Shown here: positions 9,534-20,285 of the stretch, piece after piece
How positions within the stretch are numbered: position 1 is the stretch's first letter
Layout: each line of letters opens with the position of its first letter
Source of the DNA: Chiloscyllium plagiosum
Lineage: Eukaryota
Assembly: GCF_004010195.1 (NCBI RefSeq)
Contig: NC_057756.1
Span: 5,922,257-5,951,203 of the forward strand
DNA length: 28,947 nucleotides
Reading direction: 5' to 3'
The notes under the pieces: model-generated
Told to the model about the DNA's origin: nothing
Seen by the model: only the letters and a program-made list of their open reading frames with translations
Databases searched by the model: none
Translations under genes and position numbers: made by a program

Positions 9534-10925
9534 CGAGACCATTACGTCAAGCCTCCTCCTAGGTGGTGTGCCCTGGCTACATATTTTTTCCACCAGGTGC
9601 GTAACCTCAACTGCGACATGCAGCTCCTGTTCGTCGGCTGTGACGGTTTGGAGGTCACCCTCAAGATGCTGCCTGTCTTTTACCAGGACCTGACCACTGT
9701 CTGGAACGTGATCGAATCGCGTCGTGCCTACCCTCCGGCTGGAGTAGCGGCTGTCGTCAGGGAGCCGTTGCTCAGGAATCCGCACCTCCGTACTCGCAGG
9801 TTTCGAGTGGCTGTATGAGGGGAGGGCCGTGACGGCGAGGGTGACCAGGCTCGGGGACGTGTAGGGGGCCTGGGCTGGATGCTGCCGCAGGACATAGCAG
9901 GCAGGGCAGCGAGAGACGTCCGGTACGTGGCCACCGCCATCCGACGCCTTAAAACGGTAGTGCACCAGTTGGAGGATGCTCGGGTGTGCGGTGGCATCCC
10001 ATCCGCGCTTACCCCAGCCCGGACGGGATTTCGCATTGGCCCCAAGGTCCCGTACTGCCTGCGGGAGCGTGTGCCCCACAACCTGAGCCACCTCCGGAAT
10101 TTTAATATTGCCCCTTTTAAGGATGTAAAAAAGCAGGCCCTGTATAGACTGCTGCTGTACACCGTCCACCTCTTCTCCCTCATCCACCATCCGGACACGC
10201 CTTAGCGTGCCCATTTGCCACCGGGCGGTGGGGATCCCCAGTGGAGGCCTCTCTACGCGGGAGTCCTTCCCCTTTCTCTCGGGGATTTGGGGTGTAGGGT
10301 GCTGCACACAGCGGTCCCCTGCAGCAGCAGATTGCGGTGGTTCACGGACTCCCAGCCCAACTGCTTGTTCTGTGGAGTCCGTGGACCATGTATATATTGT
10401 ATGTTGGCGTTTGCACTCCCTTTTTGATTTTCTTAAAAAGCTCCTCCTCTGCTTTTGGTTGCACTTCAGTCCCACGCTCCTGATCTTCGGGCACCCGGTG
10501 CGGAGGAGGGAGGGCAGGTCTGAAGACCTCCCTTGTAGGTCTGCTCCTGGGCCTGGCCAAACTGACCATAAACCAGTCCCAGCAGCAGGCCGTGGAGGGG
10601 GTTGTTAGGGCCGACTGCCTGCCCCTTTTCCGCGGTTACGTTAGAGCCTGGGTGTCCTTGGAGAAGGAGCGTGTGGTGTCCACCAACACCCTGGAGTTGT
10701 TCAGGGAGAGGTGGGCGCCGCAAGGAGTGGTGTGCATTATTTCCCCCTCCAATTCTATTTTGATTTAATCCCTGCCCTGCCCTTCACTGTTTGATCACAC
10801 AGCATTGCCCTTTGATGTCACTGACCACTCAGCTGTTTCCTATCTTCCTCGTGGTGGAAACTGAATAAAGATTCGTGCACCTTGTGTCTCTCACTGTGTC
10901 TCACACCTGCACACGCTCACAAAAC
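9534..10925 (+). mobile_element. Tx1-clade LINE, 5'-truncated ORF2 C-terminus and 3' UTR
   Basis: PQWRPLYAGVLP..GDLGCRVLHTAV..CLFCG/ESVDHVYIVCWRL (zf-RVT-like) and FWLHFSPTLLIFG; stops and frameshifts present; AATAAA at 10864. Confidence 0.85.
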
Positions 10926-11929
10926 AGAGTCATGAACATAAACTGTTTTCAAAATCTGATTTTATAATGTAAAATGTACATCGTTTCCAACTCTGAAATC
11001 CATTATTATTACCTGCTTCTAGTCCCTAACTTTAAATTCCAGCTTAAGTTCCTTAAGCGTTCTGATCAGTCACTGCTTATTTACCATGTTATAGGCTGTG
11101 AAATGACTACAGCTGCATTAAAAGGTAATGGCCTAATCCAACAACTGATATTAGCAGTAGCATCTTAATTCTGTTACATGATTGTTCACAACATAATGTT
11201 GAACTCAAAACTTCAATTCTCAGTGAGGAAGGGAAATAGATATAGAATAAAGCTGTGATTGGCATTCCTTAATCACCAATGAGATGCAGCAGTCTTAAAA
11301 TTAAGTGGAAACAAACGCATCCGAAACACACAATCAAATTAATTCTGCTATTATCACTTTCTGAAAGCAATATTGTTGGTTTCGGATATTTTGGATCTAT
11401 ATACTTTCAGTTGTATAATTTTTTTAACTAAATTCTATGAAATTCATGTCATTCCTCCATTTAATGAGCAAATGTTGAAATCGGAGGTGATTTTCCTCCG
11501 TGTTGGGTTTAGATTATTTTTAAGGAAGGAACAGACACTCCCGAGACCAGGATTTACAATGCTACTGCTTTTACTTCCTTTTGTCCATTCTTTGATTAGT
11601 TCAAAATTAATACAATTTTTTTGGAATTTGCATTTCATAATCATTGGTTTCCTAACCCTTGAAAGGAAATCATCTTAAATTCCCAAAATGTGAATCGAAT
11701 TCAAAACATTCCCGGGTCGCGAGCTCCAGGGCACAAAACACAAGCTTTCAATCACCAAGAACATTCAAACCAGACCACAAAGAGTTAAACTTTCTGCAAA
11801 CTTCAGTGAATTAGTGCTGAGTCAGTCTCAGTCACTCTGTCACGCACGTACAAGTGCACACATGCACGTATGAACATTTTCCAACTTTCTCCCAATCTCA
11901 GTTTTTAGCTTTTGTTTATTCCTTGCTTG

Positions 11930-12795
11930 TAACGGTAATCAGGCATTTACATTCCAGAGCAGTCCACGTTAGGGAGTTTAGCCTCATAAATCTTGGCTGC
12001 TTAACCACGTAGGGCAAAAGCTAAATACCTCTCAGCCATTCCATTTGTAATTCTAACCATAGTTTCAAGGCAAGTTGTTCGTGCACGACCCAGGGGAATG
12101 TGGTAGTTGTCCAATGTGTCCTATATGCCAAATTCATTGAAGCTTGGACATCCTGAAGCAAGCAACTATAATTATTGCAGATTTGTACTAGCCAATTAAA
12201 AATAACGTTGGGCACTTGAACGGACAGGGGGCATCTTGAAGCATGCCGCCGACCTCAGAGTGGGTCCAGACCTTATCAAACGGGGTTTCACGTGTAATAA
12301 CCCTGGGGCAAGCAATTTATTTGTTACTAATTTTGTAAACCTTAAGATGCTCTCAGCGACGATTTCCATCTGGACACTAAGACCCTGTTGAGTATCTTGT
12401 GGCTGAGAAGCGAGAATTGTATCAGTGTTTCCGACAGCATTTTTCTTTTCCCTGGCCAGCTTTCCTTTTTTGGATGTGACGAAAGCAGCAACCACGCTCT
12501 ATATTTCCTCTCCCAAACAATATCACCTGGTGACCTGCCAGGACCAGGTATCCCCTACCTGACCTCTCTCAAAAGCAGCACCATCCTCTATACTTCATCC
12601 CTCAAACAAAATTGGCTGGTGACCGATAGGATGAGCGTATCCCCTACCTTATTCCGGTGTTATACACATTTACCATGGCACTTCAGTGTCCTTTGGACAG
12701 AACCAGAGGACCTAGGCTGCACTTTATAGCAGGACAAAGTGAATTTGTCCCCAGGGCACCCTTTCCACCTGGCGTTTGGAACTCACTGACCCCAT
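11930..12795 (-). pseudogene. Second, upstream gag/capsid-like decayed ORF within the ERV
   Basis: MGSVSSK (myristoylation-like) at 12795. RETPFDKVWTHSEVGGMLQDAPCPFKCPTLF/NWLVQICNNYSCLLQDVQ at 12298-12140 resembles retroviral capsid N-terminal helices. Multiple stops. Confidence 0.45.
12481..12649. repeat. Diverged two-unit tandem repeat, ~89-bp period
   Basis: aaagcagca..ctcta ta..tc..aaacaa..ctggtgacc..gtatcccctacct occurs twice. Confidence 0.7.
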
Positions 12796-13226
12796 CGGTC
12801 CGTGGTGCCAGTATGTAACCTGTAAAAGAGAATGAACAAAACCACACAAAGACTAACAGGTGCAGGCGCAGCTGTCAATAACTCAAGGTCACCTGAATTT
12901 AGAATTAGACATTTCCGCCACCTCCAAAAAGACCCCACTACCAGGGATATATTTCCCTCCCCACCCCTTTCCGCCTTCCGCAAAGACCGTTCCCTCCATG
13001 ACTACCTGGTCAGGTCCACGCCCCCCTACGTCCCATCCTCCCATCCTGGCACTTTCCCCTGCCACCGCAGGAACTGTAAAACCTGTGCCCACACCTCCTC
13101 CCTCACCTCTATCCAAGGCCCTAAAGGAGCCTTCCACATCCATCAAAGTTTTACCTGCACATCCACTAATATCATTTATTGTATCCGTTGCTCCCGATGC
13201 GGTCTCCCCTACATTGGGGAGACTGG

Positions 13227-13341
13227 NNNNNNNNNNNNNNNNNNNNNNNNNNNNNNNNNNNNNNNNNNNNNNNNNNNNNNNNNNNNNNNNNNNNNNNNNN
13301 NNNNNNNNNNNNNNNNNNNNNNNNNNNNNNNNNNNNNNNNN
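13227..13341. other. Assembly gap (115 N)
   Basis: Run of n characters. Confidence 1.
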
Positions 13342-13484
13342 AACCCTACTGCGAATCCTCTTGCAAGGATGCCTGCCTTGAAGACGTTTTCCTCCTCTCT
13401 CTACAAGAATACTCTATGCTACTTTCTCCCCACCCCCACCCTCCCCTAGCTTATCTCTCCACGCTTCAGGCTCTCTGCCTTTAT

Positions 13485-13516
13485 TCCTGATGAAGAGCTT
13501 TTGCCCGAAACGTCGA
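13485..13516 (+). ncRNA. Minimal hammerhead ribozyme motif (one helix II mismatch)
   Basis: TC-CTGATGA-A-GAGC-TTTT-GCCC-GAAA-CGTC-GA. Confidence 0.65.
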
Positions 13517-13935
13517 TTTCGCTGCTCGTTGGATGCTGCCTGAATTGCTGTGCTCTTCCAGCACCACTGATCCTGAATTTAGAATTATGCCGATTTCTGT
13601 CTTGCCACGGCTTCTTCCTGTAGATTAGACTGTTGATCAGGATGGTCTCTAATGCTCCCTCTAACCCAACGACTGTGCTCTTTCTGGGTAATGTCTTACC
13701 ACAGCGTCTTTCCCTTAAAAAGGGATCAGCATGTTCACTCAGGGCCAGATCACGCAGCCGGCTGATATTTTAACACTCTATCGTTCCCTGTCTTTTTTTT
13801 TCAAAAAAAAGCCAATCAAAGCTCACAGCAGGCTCAGGGGTATTCCACATAAGCCGATTCAAGGGGAGCCTTGAGCAGATTCAGCAAGGACCTCCTACAA
13901 TAGCAACAGGTTCAAGAAAGCCTCAGAAAATGGAG

Positions 13936-13953
13936 ATCCTGCCAACTACACCA
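13936..13953 (-). promoter_or_regulatory. Primer-binding site, tRNA-Ser
   Basis: Plus strand ATCCTGCCAACTACACCA versus the vertebrate tRNA-Ser 3' end ATCCTGCCGACTACGCCA: 16/18, both mismatches CpG-type. It lies 2 nt from the LTR end. Confidence 0.85.
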
Positions 13954-13955
13954 AC

Positions 13956-15212
13956 TGTTGGGAAAATCGTCTTATGCCAAATGTTGCAAAACAAAGTACA
14001 GAGGAACCTCGATTATCCAAACGAAATGGGCACTATTACATTTGGATAATTGATTATTGGGTTAATTGATTTCCTCTGGAGCTCGGAGTTTTCTGTGAAG
14101 TCTGCTCTCCGTTCAGGAGATTAGGCAGCAGCACGCTGTGCGTGAGCCCCCGCATACCCTCCAATCCTGTCTGTCCCAGCCCCGACTGCCCCCCAATGCT
14201 GCCTAACATCGCTCTCCCACCCACCCCACACACACACACACTATCCACTGTCCAACCTCTGTCTGTGCCCCCGGCTGACCCACCCCCTCCACCCTGGGGC
14301 AGCTAGACTGTACACCAACAATAAGACTGCTGCTGCTTTTGGGGGGTTGGGGGGGTGCGTCTCTAAATAACACACACTTGCACACAACCTTTTACTGCAA
14401 CGTTTTGACAGGTCCCACCTTTGCTCATACAGGACAATGTTGGAGAGATTATCTGGCGAAGGAGGTTTTAGGGTTCACCGCTCTGTCGAACTCCAGGGAA
14501 AGTGTTGGGTAGGGAGGGGGAGTGAGAGAGAGGGCAGGAGGTCAGTAATTTGGAGATGGTGCCTGGACTGTCCAGGACTGTTCACGGCAGCATCTCAGTG
14601 AGCCGAGTTCATTTTTAATCATTGTACCTGTAAACAAAAGATGCGATCAGCGTTGAAACAGCTCTTTGACATAACGTTTCTATCGGGAACTCGAGATCTC
14701 CTTCAGGTAAACCAAAATTCGGATAATTGATATTTGGATAATCGAGGTTCCTCTGTAGTCAGGAGAGAGGACCTTGAGCAATTAATTAGCTTTATTCATG
14801 GCCATGAGGAATTACATCTTTGTTCAGTGAAGTCTGATGCAGTTCCAACGAAATATAAGTTATATAGAATTAATTATGCAATCTAGAGGCAGTCTTAAGG
14901 TTCATGTACGTTGTCCAGACCGACATTTCTTCATGTCTACAGAACTGAATGTTATCTTATACTGCAGGTTCAGCGAGGCAAGAACAATCGATAAGGGACA
15001 GAGTGAAACAATGCATCATACTATGAAGCAGAACTGTCGAAGCAGCCAGAGGAGCAGGGACTGTCTACAACTGCAAGGTCAGGCTATCAAAACAGAATTC
15101 CTGAGCCAGGACTCAGACAGCACTATGCTAGCAGGCTACATTTTACTGCAAACATTGCTTTGTGACAAAATGACTTTCAGTTTTGTGTCAATTTTGGTGA
15201 AATACTTCCATG
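13956..15212 (-). repeat. ERV 5' LTR (498 bp after removing the MITE)
   Basis: Aligns with 5685-6179 on both sides of the MITE. Minus-strand TATATAA at 14866-14860 and AATAAA at 14796-14791. Confidence 0.9.
13999..14755. mobile_element. Non-autonomous Tc1/mariner (pogo/Tigger-like) MITE
   Basis: Perfect 23-bp TIRs CAGAGGAACCTCGATTATCCAAA; TA duplication at 13997-13998 and 14756-14757; no transposase ORF. Confidence 0.92.
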
Positions 15213-16419
15213 CTTAGCGTAATTTTGAGTTTGGAAGAATTCCACAATAACATTCCAGCTGACCTTAAAATGTATTTAGATGGGTGTCAGGTATCTTAAC
15301 ACCCAAGCAGCAGTAATTATGGCAGATGTCTCTGATATCTCAAACTAATATTCTCGTTTGCGGAGAGGACAAATGAGAATTCATGGGAACAGCATAAAAC
15401 ATCCAGAGCCAATACCGCTCCCATAAACCAGCCGAGACTGACACACACCAGGATTAATCCTTCTCCTTCAGTCACAGTCAGACAGCTGCAGAATTCAACC
15501 CAATCGTGCACATTGCATTAGACACTGAATGAAATAAACTTAAGTAGAGGTGCACATGAATTATCAAACACTGGTATCTGCTACCCAACCACATGTTCAG
15601 TGTCAGATTGAGTTACCGATGAATTGAGAAATGTACAGCACTCCCATATTCAGTGGTGGAGACTGTGCAAATGCAGAGCCCCTTTTGTGTCTGTCAAAGC
15701 ACCAGACCCTAAAATAGAGAGCTCCAGCCTCACCCGTGCATAATGCAGAAGACTGAAAAGTGCAGTTCATCAAACAAATCTTATTTCCACGGAGTGAGCG
15801 ATTTTCAGGTGCAGAATGAATCTTCCTTCAATTTTGTTTTCCAAATATAGAATCCATTCCACATTCTCTGAGACAGAGTTTGAATTGTACTTTTATTATT
15901 GTGAATAAATGTATCAATCATTTCCCAACTTTAACATTCATTTCTGCAGTGTCAGAATGATAAGTAGAGAGTGAATCAGAAAATTGGAGATACAGATCAT
16001 ATGGCCACTCAAAGAATGAAGCAGGTAGCAACTGGTTTAGTCTGAGTGAACTCACATAAAATTCCAAAGATTAACAGAAACTTCAGTAAAGCAACACCTT
16101 CAGAGAATACATAGAAACTGACACCTAGAGGATGAGACGTACAAAATCCTTTTGATTCGAACTGAACTAACTTGAAATCGCAATCACATTGAGGACTCGA
16201 CACTGATAACTACAGGATAATATCCATATTTACCCGCAGGAGAAGGCACAGGATCAACCCCATGTTCACAAAGAATGTGTGTGACAAATCTCAAAAAAAG
16301 ATGTCTCACAATCACAATTATGTGCATTTACTTAACAAACAAGTAATCTCACTCAGAGGCAGACAGATGCACAATTAAATTGTCACACAATGTACCAACA
16401 CGTGTAGAAAAAAAAATAA

Positions 16420-16686
16420 GTTGTTCCATACACGCTGCATGAAAAAAATTGCCCCTCAGGTCTCTTTTAAAACTTCTGCCTCTCCCCTTAACCTATGCCC
16501 TCCACTCCCTTACTCTGGAGAAAAGAGTCTCATCTGTGCCCCTCATGGTTTTATAAACTTCTGTAACTTCATGTCTCAGCCTCCTTTGCTCCAAGGGAAA
16601 TGGTCCCAACCTATCCAGCCTCTCCTTATAACTTCAAGCCTCTAGTCTCAGGAATATCCTTGTAAGTATTGCCAAATTAATAACAT
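16420..16686 (-). mobile_element. CR1-like LINE 3' fragment (probably resumes at ~19209-19262)
   Basis: ttgcccctcaggtc..cctatccagcctctccttataact..atccttgtaa is the reverse of a CR1 3' region. Confidence 0.7.
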
Positions 16687-19206
16687 GAGGAAAGATTAGG
16701 ATGAATCCAAAGAGGTTCTTTAAGTATATTAAAGTAAAAAAAAAACTAGAGAGAGAAAAGGACCTCTCAAGGACCATGGTTGACATGTATGTGTAGAACT
16801 GCAGGAGATGGGTGAGGTCCTCAATGAATGTTTCTCCTCTGCATTTAGTGTGGAAATTGGGGGCACTAGTGGTCATATCTTAGGGACAGTATCACAGTAA
16901 AGGAGATGTTGGACGTATTAGAATATATGAAGGTGGAAAAATCTCCTGGTCCTGACCAGATATTTTCAAGAACACTGCAAGAGTTTAGAGAAGAAATTGC
17001 GGGGGCCCTGGCTGACAGTTTTTGTTTCATTGGTAACCATAGGTGAGGTCCTGGGAGACTGGATGGTGGCAACTGTTGTGCCCTTATTTGAGAAGGACTG
17101 CAAAGAAAAACTTGGGAACTATAGACTAGGAAGCCTATCACCTACAGTGGGTAAGTGTAATGAAGTTGAAGATGTGTACTGTACATTTGAGAGTGTGAAC
17201 TGAGAGATTATAAGCACCTATGTATATAACTAGATAGCAGTCACAGAGTGTATTGGAAAATTGAAAATATGCAACGTTTGGCTGTGGAATGGATACCAGA
17301 GTTTTGGTTGCTGTTTTGACAACAGTTCAAACATAACCAATCAGTTTAATTTATGCCCCAGGATACTAAACACAGTCGAGTTTGAATTTATTGTTTTGCA
17401 ACATCGAACCAATGAGACGATCCGATGTTGGAGATATAAAACTGCGAACATTTTGCAAATTGGAGAGAGAACAACTGCCATCAAGACAGATCCAAGAAAT
17501 TAGGAAACACTCTCTTTCAGAGGTACCTTCCCGTATGAAATGTACTCATGATAAAATGAAAGAAGAGGACACAGGGAATTCAGCAGCTGGAAGAGTGAAG
17601 TCACATAAAATAACAGTGGTTCTGTGGTTTTGAAATTAAATTGAAGTAATTTTAATAAATGTCTTATTGGAACAGTATATTGTTATAGAGTTGGAGGCCG
17701 TTAATAAGCAGTTAAGCTAAAGGGGAGCTTAGAGTTGTTTTTTAATGTTCAGAATTAAAGAATAAATTGGTAATTTGTTTGAATAGTAGAATTTGGGAGT
17801 TTTCTGTCACTCATATTTTAACAGATTATGAGGCGGGGTGAGCTTTTCTGGGTGTTTGGTTTAATTAATACAGGGATTCACCGCCGTGTCGTAACGTAAG
17901 TTATTTGAGATGATTCTGAGAGATAAGATGTACATGCATTTGGAAAGACAGGGTTTGATTAGGAGCAGTCAGCACAGCTTTGTGCATGCCTCTCAAATTT
18001 GTTAGAGTTCTTTAATGAAGTGACCAGGAAGGTTGATGAGGCCAGGGCATTTGTCATCGTCAATTTGAATTTCAGTAAGGTCTTTACTCAGGTTCCACAT
18101 GATAGGCTGCACTGGAAAGTTAGATTGCATGGAATCCAGGGGGAGCTGGCAAATTGGATACGCAATTGGCTTGATGGTAGAAAGCAGAGGGAAACAGTTG
18201 GAGGAGGCTTGTGACTAGTGGAGTGCCTTGGGTCAGTGCTCAACCATTGTTCTTTGTTAACTATAGCAATGATTTAGATGAGAATACACAAGGCATGATT
18301 AGTAACTTTGCAAATGATACTAAAATAGGTGATATCGTTGACAGTGAAGACGGTTATCAGAAATTGCAGCAGGACCTTGATTAGCTGGGGAAGTGGGCTG
18401 AGAAATGTCAGTTGGAGTTTAATATAGATAAGTGCGAGGTCTTGTGTTTTGGAAAGTCAAATCAAGGTATGAGTTTCATAGTGAATGATAGGGCCTTAAG
18501 GAGTGTAGTGGAGCAGAGGCATTGGAGTACAGGGGCATGATTTTCCGAAAGTGGAGTTACAGGTAGACAGAGCAGTGAAGAAGGCTTTTGGCACAGTGGC
18601 TTTCATCAGTCAGGGCATTTGGTAGAGAGGTTGGGAAGTTATGTTGCAGTTGGTCAGTCCGCAATTGGAGTGTTGTGTTCAGTTTTGGTCACCGTGCTAT
18701 GGGAAGGATGTTATTAAACTGGAAAGAGTGCTGAAGAAATTTACAAGGATGTCGCCAGGACTCAGTGGTCTGAGTTATAGGGAGAGGTTAGACACGCAAG
18801 GACTTTTTTTTCTTTAGAGCGTAGGAGACTGAGAGGGGATCTTTATAGAAGTATATAAGATCACAAGAGGCAAGGATGGGGGAATGCACTCAGTCTTTTT
18901 CCCAAGGTTGAGGAATCAAGGACCATAGGGTATCAGTTTAGAGGGAAAGAATAAAAGGGAACCTGAGGGGCAACTTCTTCACACAGGATGGTATGTACAA
19001 ATATGGAATAAGCTTCCAGCGGAAGTTATTGAGATGGGTCCATTAACAACATTTGAAAGGCATTTCGATAAATATGTGGATAGGAAAGGTTTAGCAGGAA
19101 ATGGGCCAAGTGCAGGGAAATGGGGTTCGTGTGGATGGACGTTTTGGTCAGCTTAGACCAGTTTGAGCTAATGGGCCTTTATCTGTACTGTATGACTCTA
19201 TGACTC
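16687..19206 (+). mobile_element. Decayed CR1/HER1-like LINE ORF2 through 3' tail, split by a solo LTR
   Basis: NPKRFFKYI, KSPGPDQI, DWMVATVVPLFEK..GNYRL, NFSKVFTQVPHDRL, FANDTKIG; gactctat tail. Confidence 0.9.
17156..17895 (+). mobile_element. Solo LTR (~740 bp)
   Basis: Starts TGTAATG and ends CGTAAC. gtaag is duplicated at 17151-17155 and 17896-17900. Contains TATATAA and AATAAA (17761), and cleanly interrupts the CR1 ORF2. Confidence 0.8.
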
Positions 19207-19262
19207 AAGCATCCTTCCTATATCAGGGCAACCAGAACTGTCCACAGTATTCCACAAGTGGC

Positions 19263-19514
19263 TCCTTGTAGATAATGTCTACCCCGTACTGTCTCAACTA
19301 ACTTGATCACCTCTTCAAAACCTCAATCAAGTTAATGAGACACTATTTCCCATGCACGAAGCCATGCTGACTATCCCTCATCAGTTCTCGAAATTCATAT
19401 AAATCCTATCTCTCAGAATCCCCTCCAAACTTACCCATCACTGATATCAGACTCACTGGCCTACAGTTCCCAAGCTTCTCCTTACAGCCTTTCTTAAACC
19501 ATGGCACAACATTA
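19263..19514 (-). mobile_element. CR1 RT fragment
   Basis: Minus NVVPWFKKGCKEKLGNCRPVSLISVMGK and SQHGFVHG. Confidence 0.8.
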
Positions 19515-20285
19515 GACTTTAGAAAGACCTTCAACAAAGTCTCACACGGTAGACTGGTTAGTAAGTTAAATGTGATGCACTTTGGAAGAAGAAGCAAGAC
19601 AAGGGAATACTCAATGAATGGCAGGACACGAGGAAGCTCGGGGGAGCAGAGGGATCTTGGGAGCTTGTCCAGAGAACCCAGAAGGTGGCAGGACAATTAC
19701 GAAGACATATGGGACACTTGCCTTTATCAGTCGCAGTGCAGATTATAAGAGCGGGGAGGTGATGATGGAGCTGGACCAGACTTTGGTGAGGCCACAGCTG
19801 GAAAAATGTGCACGGTTCTGGTCTCTGCACTCTTGGAAGAATGTGATTGTACTGGATGGAGTGCAGAGGAGATTCGTCAAGGGTGTTGCCAGGGATGGAG
19901 CAGTTCGGCGATGAAGAAAGCCTGGATAAGCTTAGGGTCTTTTCTTTGAAGCAGAGAAGGTTGAGGGAGGACCTGACGGAGGTGTGTAAGATTATGAGGG
20001 GCATGGACAGGGGGGATGGGATTGTTCTGTTCCCTGAGGGTCAACAACAAAGAGAAAAAAGAAAATTAACCCAGAGGGTGGGGGATTTGAGAATTTATAT
20101 TTTTACCCAGAGTGTGTTCAGGTTCTGGAGTGCATTGCCTGGGAGGGTGGGTGAGGTGGGAAACCACACAATCTTTAAAAAGCACTTGGGTGAGAACTGG
20201 AAGTGTTAGAACATTCAAAGCTACGGGGGCCTCGAGTGGGAAAGTGGACCACAGGGTGTCTCGTGTACTGTGTGATTCTATTCTC
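19515..20285 (+). mobile_element. CR1 RT C-terminus and 3' end
   Basis: DFRKTFNKVSHGRL, CDALW/VMHFG region, LVRPQLEKCARFWS, KQRRLREDLTEVCKIMRG. Confidence 0.85.

Larger units (their letters stand above)
12908..13571 (+). mobile_element. Penelope-like element (GIY-YIG region and terminus), 16-bp TSD, contains an assembly gap
   Basis: PGTFPCHRRNCKTC..FTCTSTNIIYCIRCSRCGLPYIGET. cctgaatttagaatta occurs at 12892-12907 and 13572-13587. Confidence 0.9.
5685..15212 (-). mobile_element. Decayed endogenous retrovirus (epsilon/gamma-like, class I-type), tRNA-Ser PBS
   Basis: Two direct LTRs, flanks gttag (5680-5684) and cttag (15213-15217), PBS, PPT, and gag, integrase and env remnants in the correct order on the minus strand. 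Confidence 0.9.

Noticed and set aside
9516..10475. 319-aa minus-strand ORF, the longest in the window
   Set aside because: It is the antisense shadow of the GC-rich Tx1 ORF2 and has no motifs of its own.
12832..13449. 205-aa ORF as a host gene
   Set aside because: It is a chimera of ERV antisense sequence, Penelope GIY-YIG and an N gap.
13936..13953. tRNA-Ser gene fragment
   Set aside because: Only the 3' 18 nt including CCA are present, adjacent to an LTR, so it is a PBS.
5685..15212. Foamy-virus or gypsy identity for the LTR element
   Set aside because: The integrase C-terminal and env motifs resemble gamma/epsilon types, and the PBS is Ser rather than the Lys typical of foamy viruses. 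RT is missing, so placement remains tentative.
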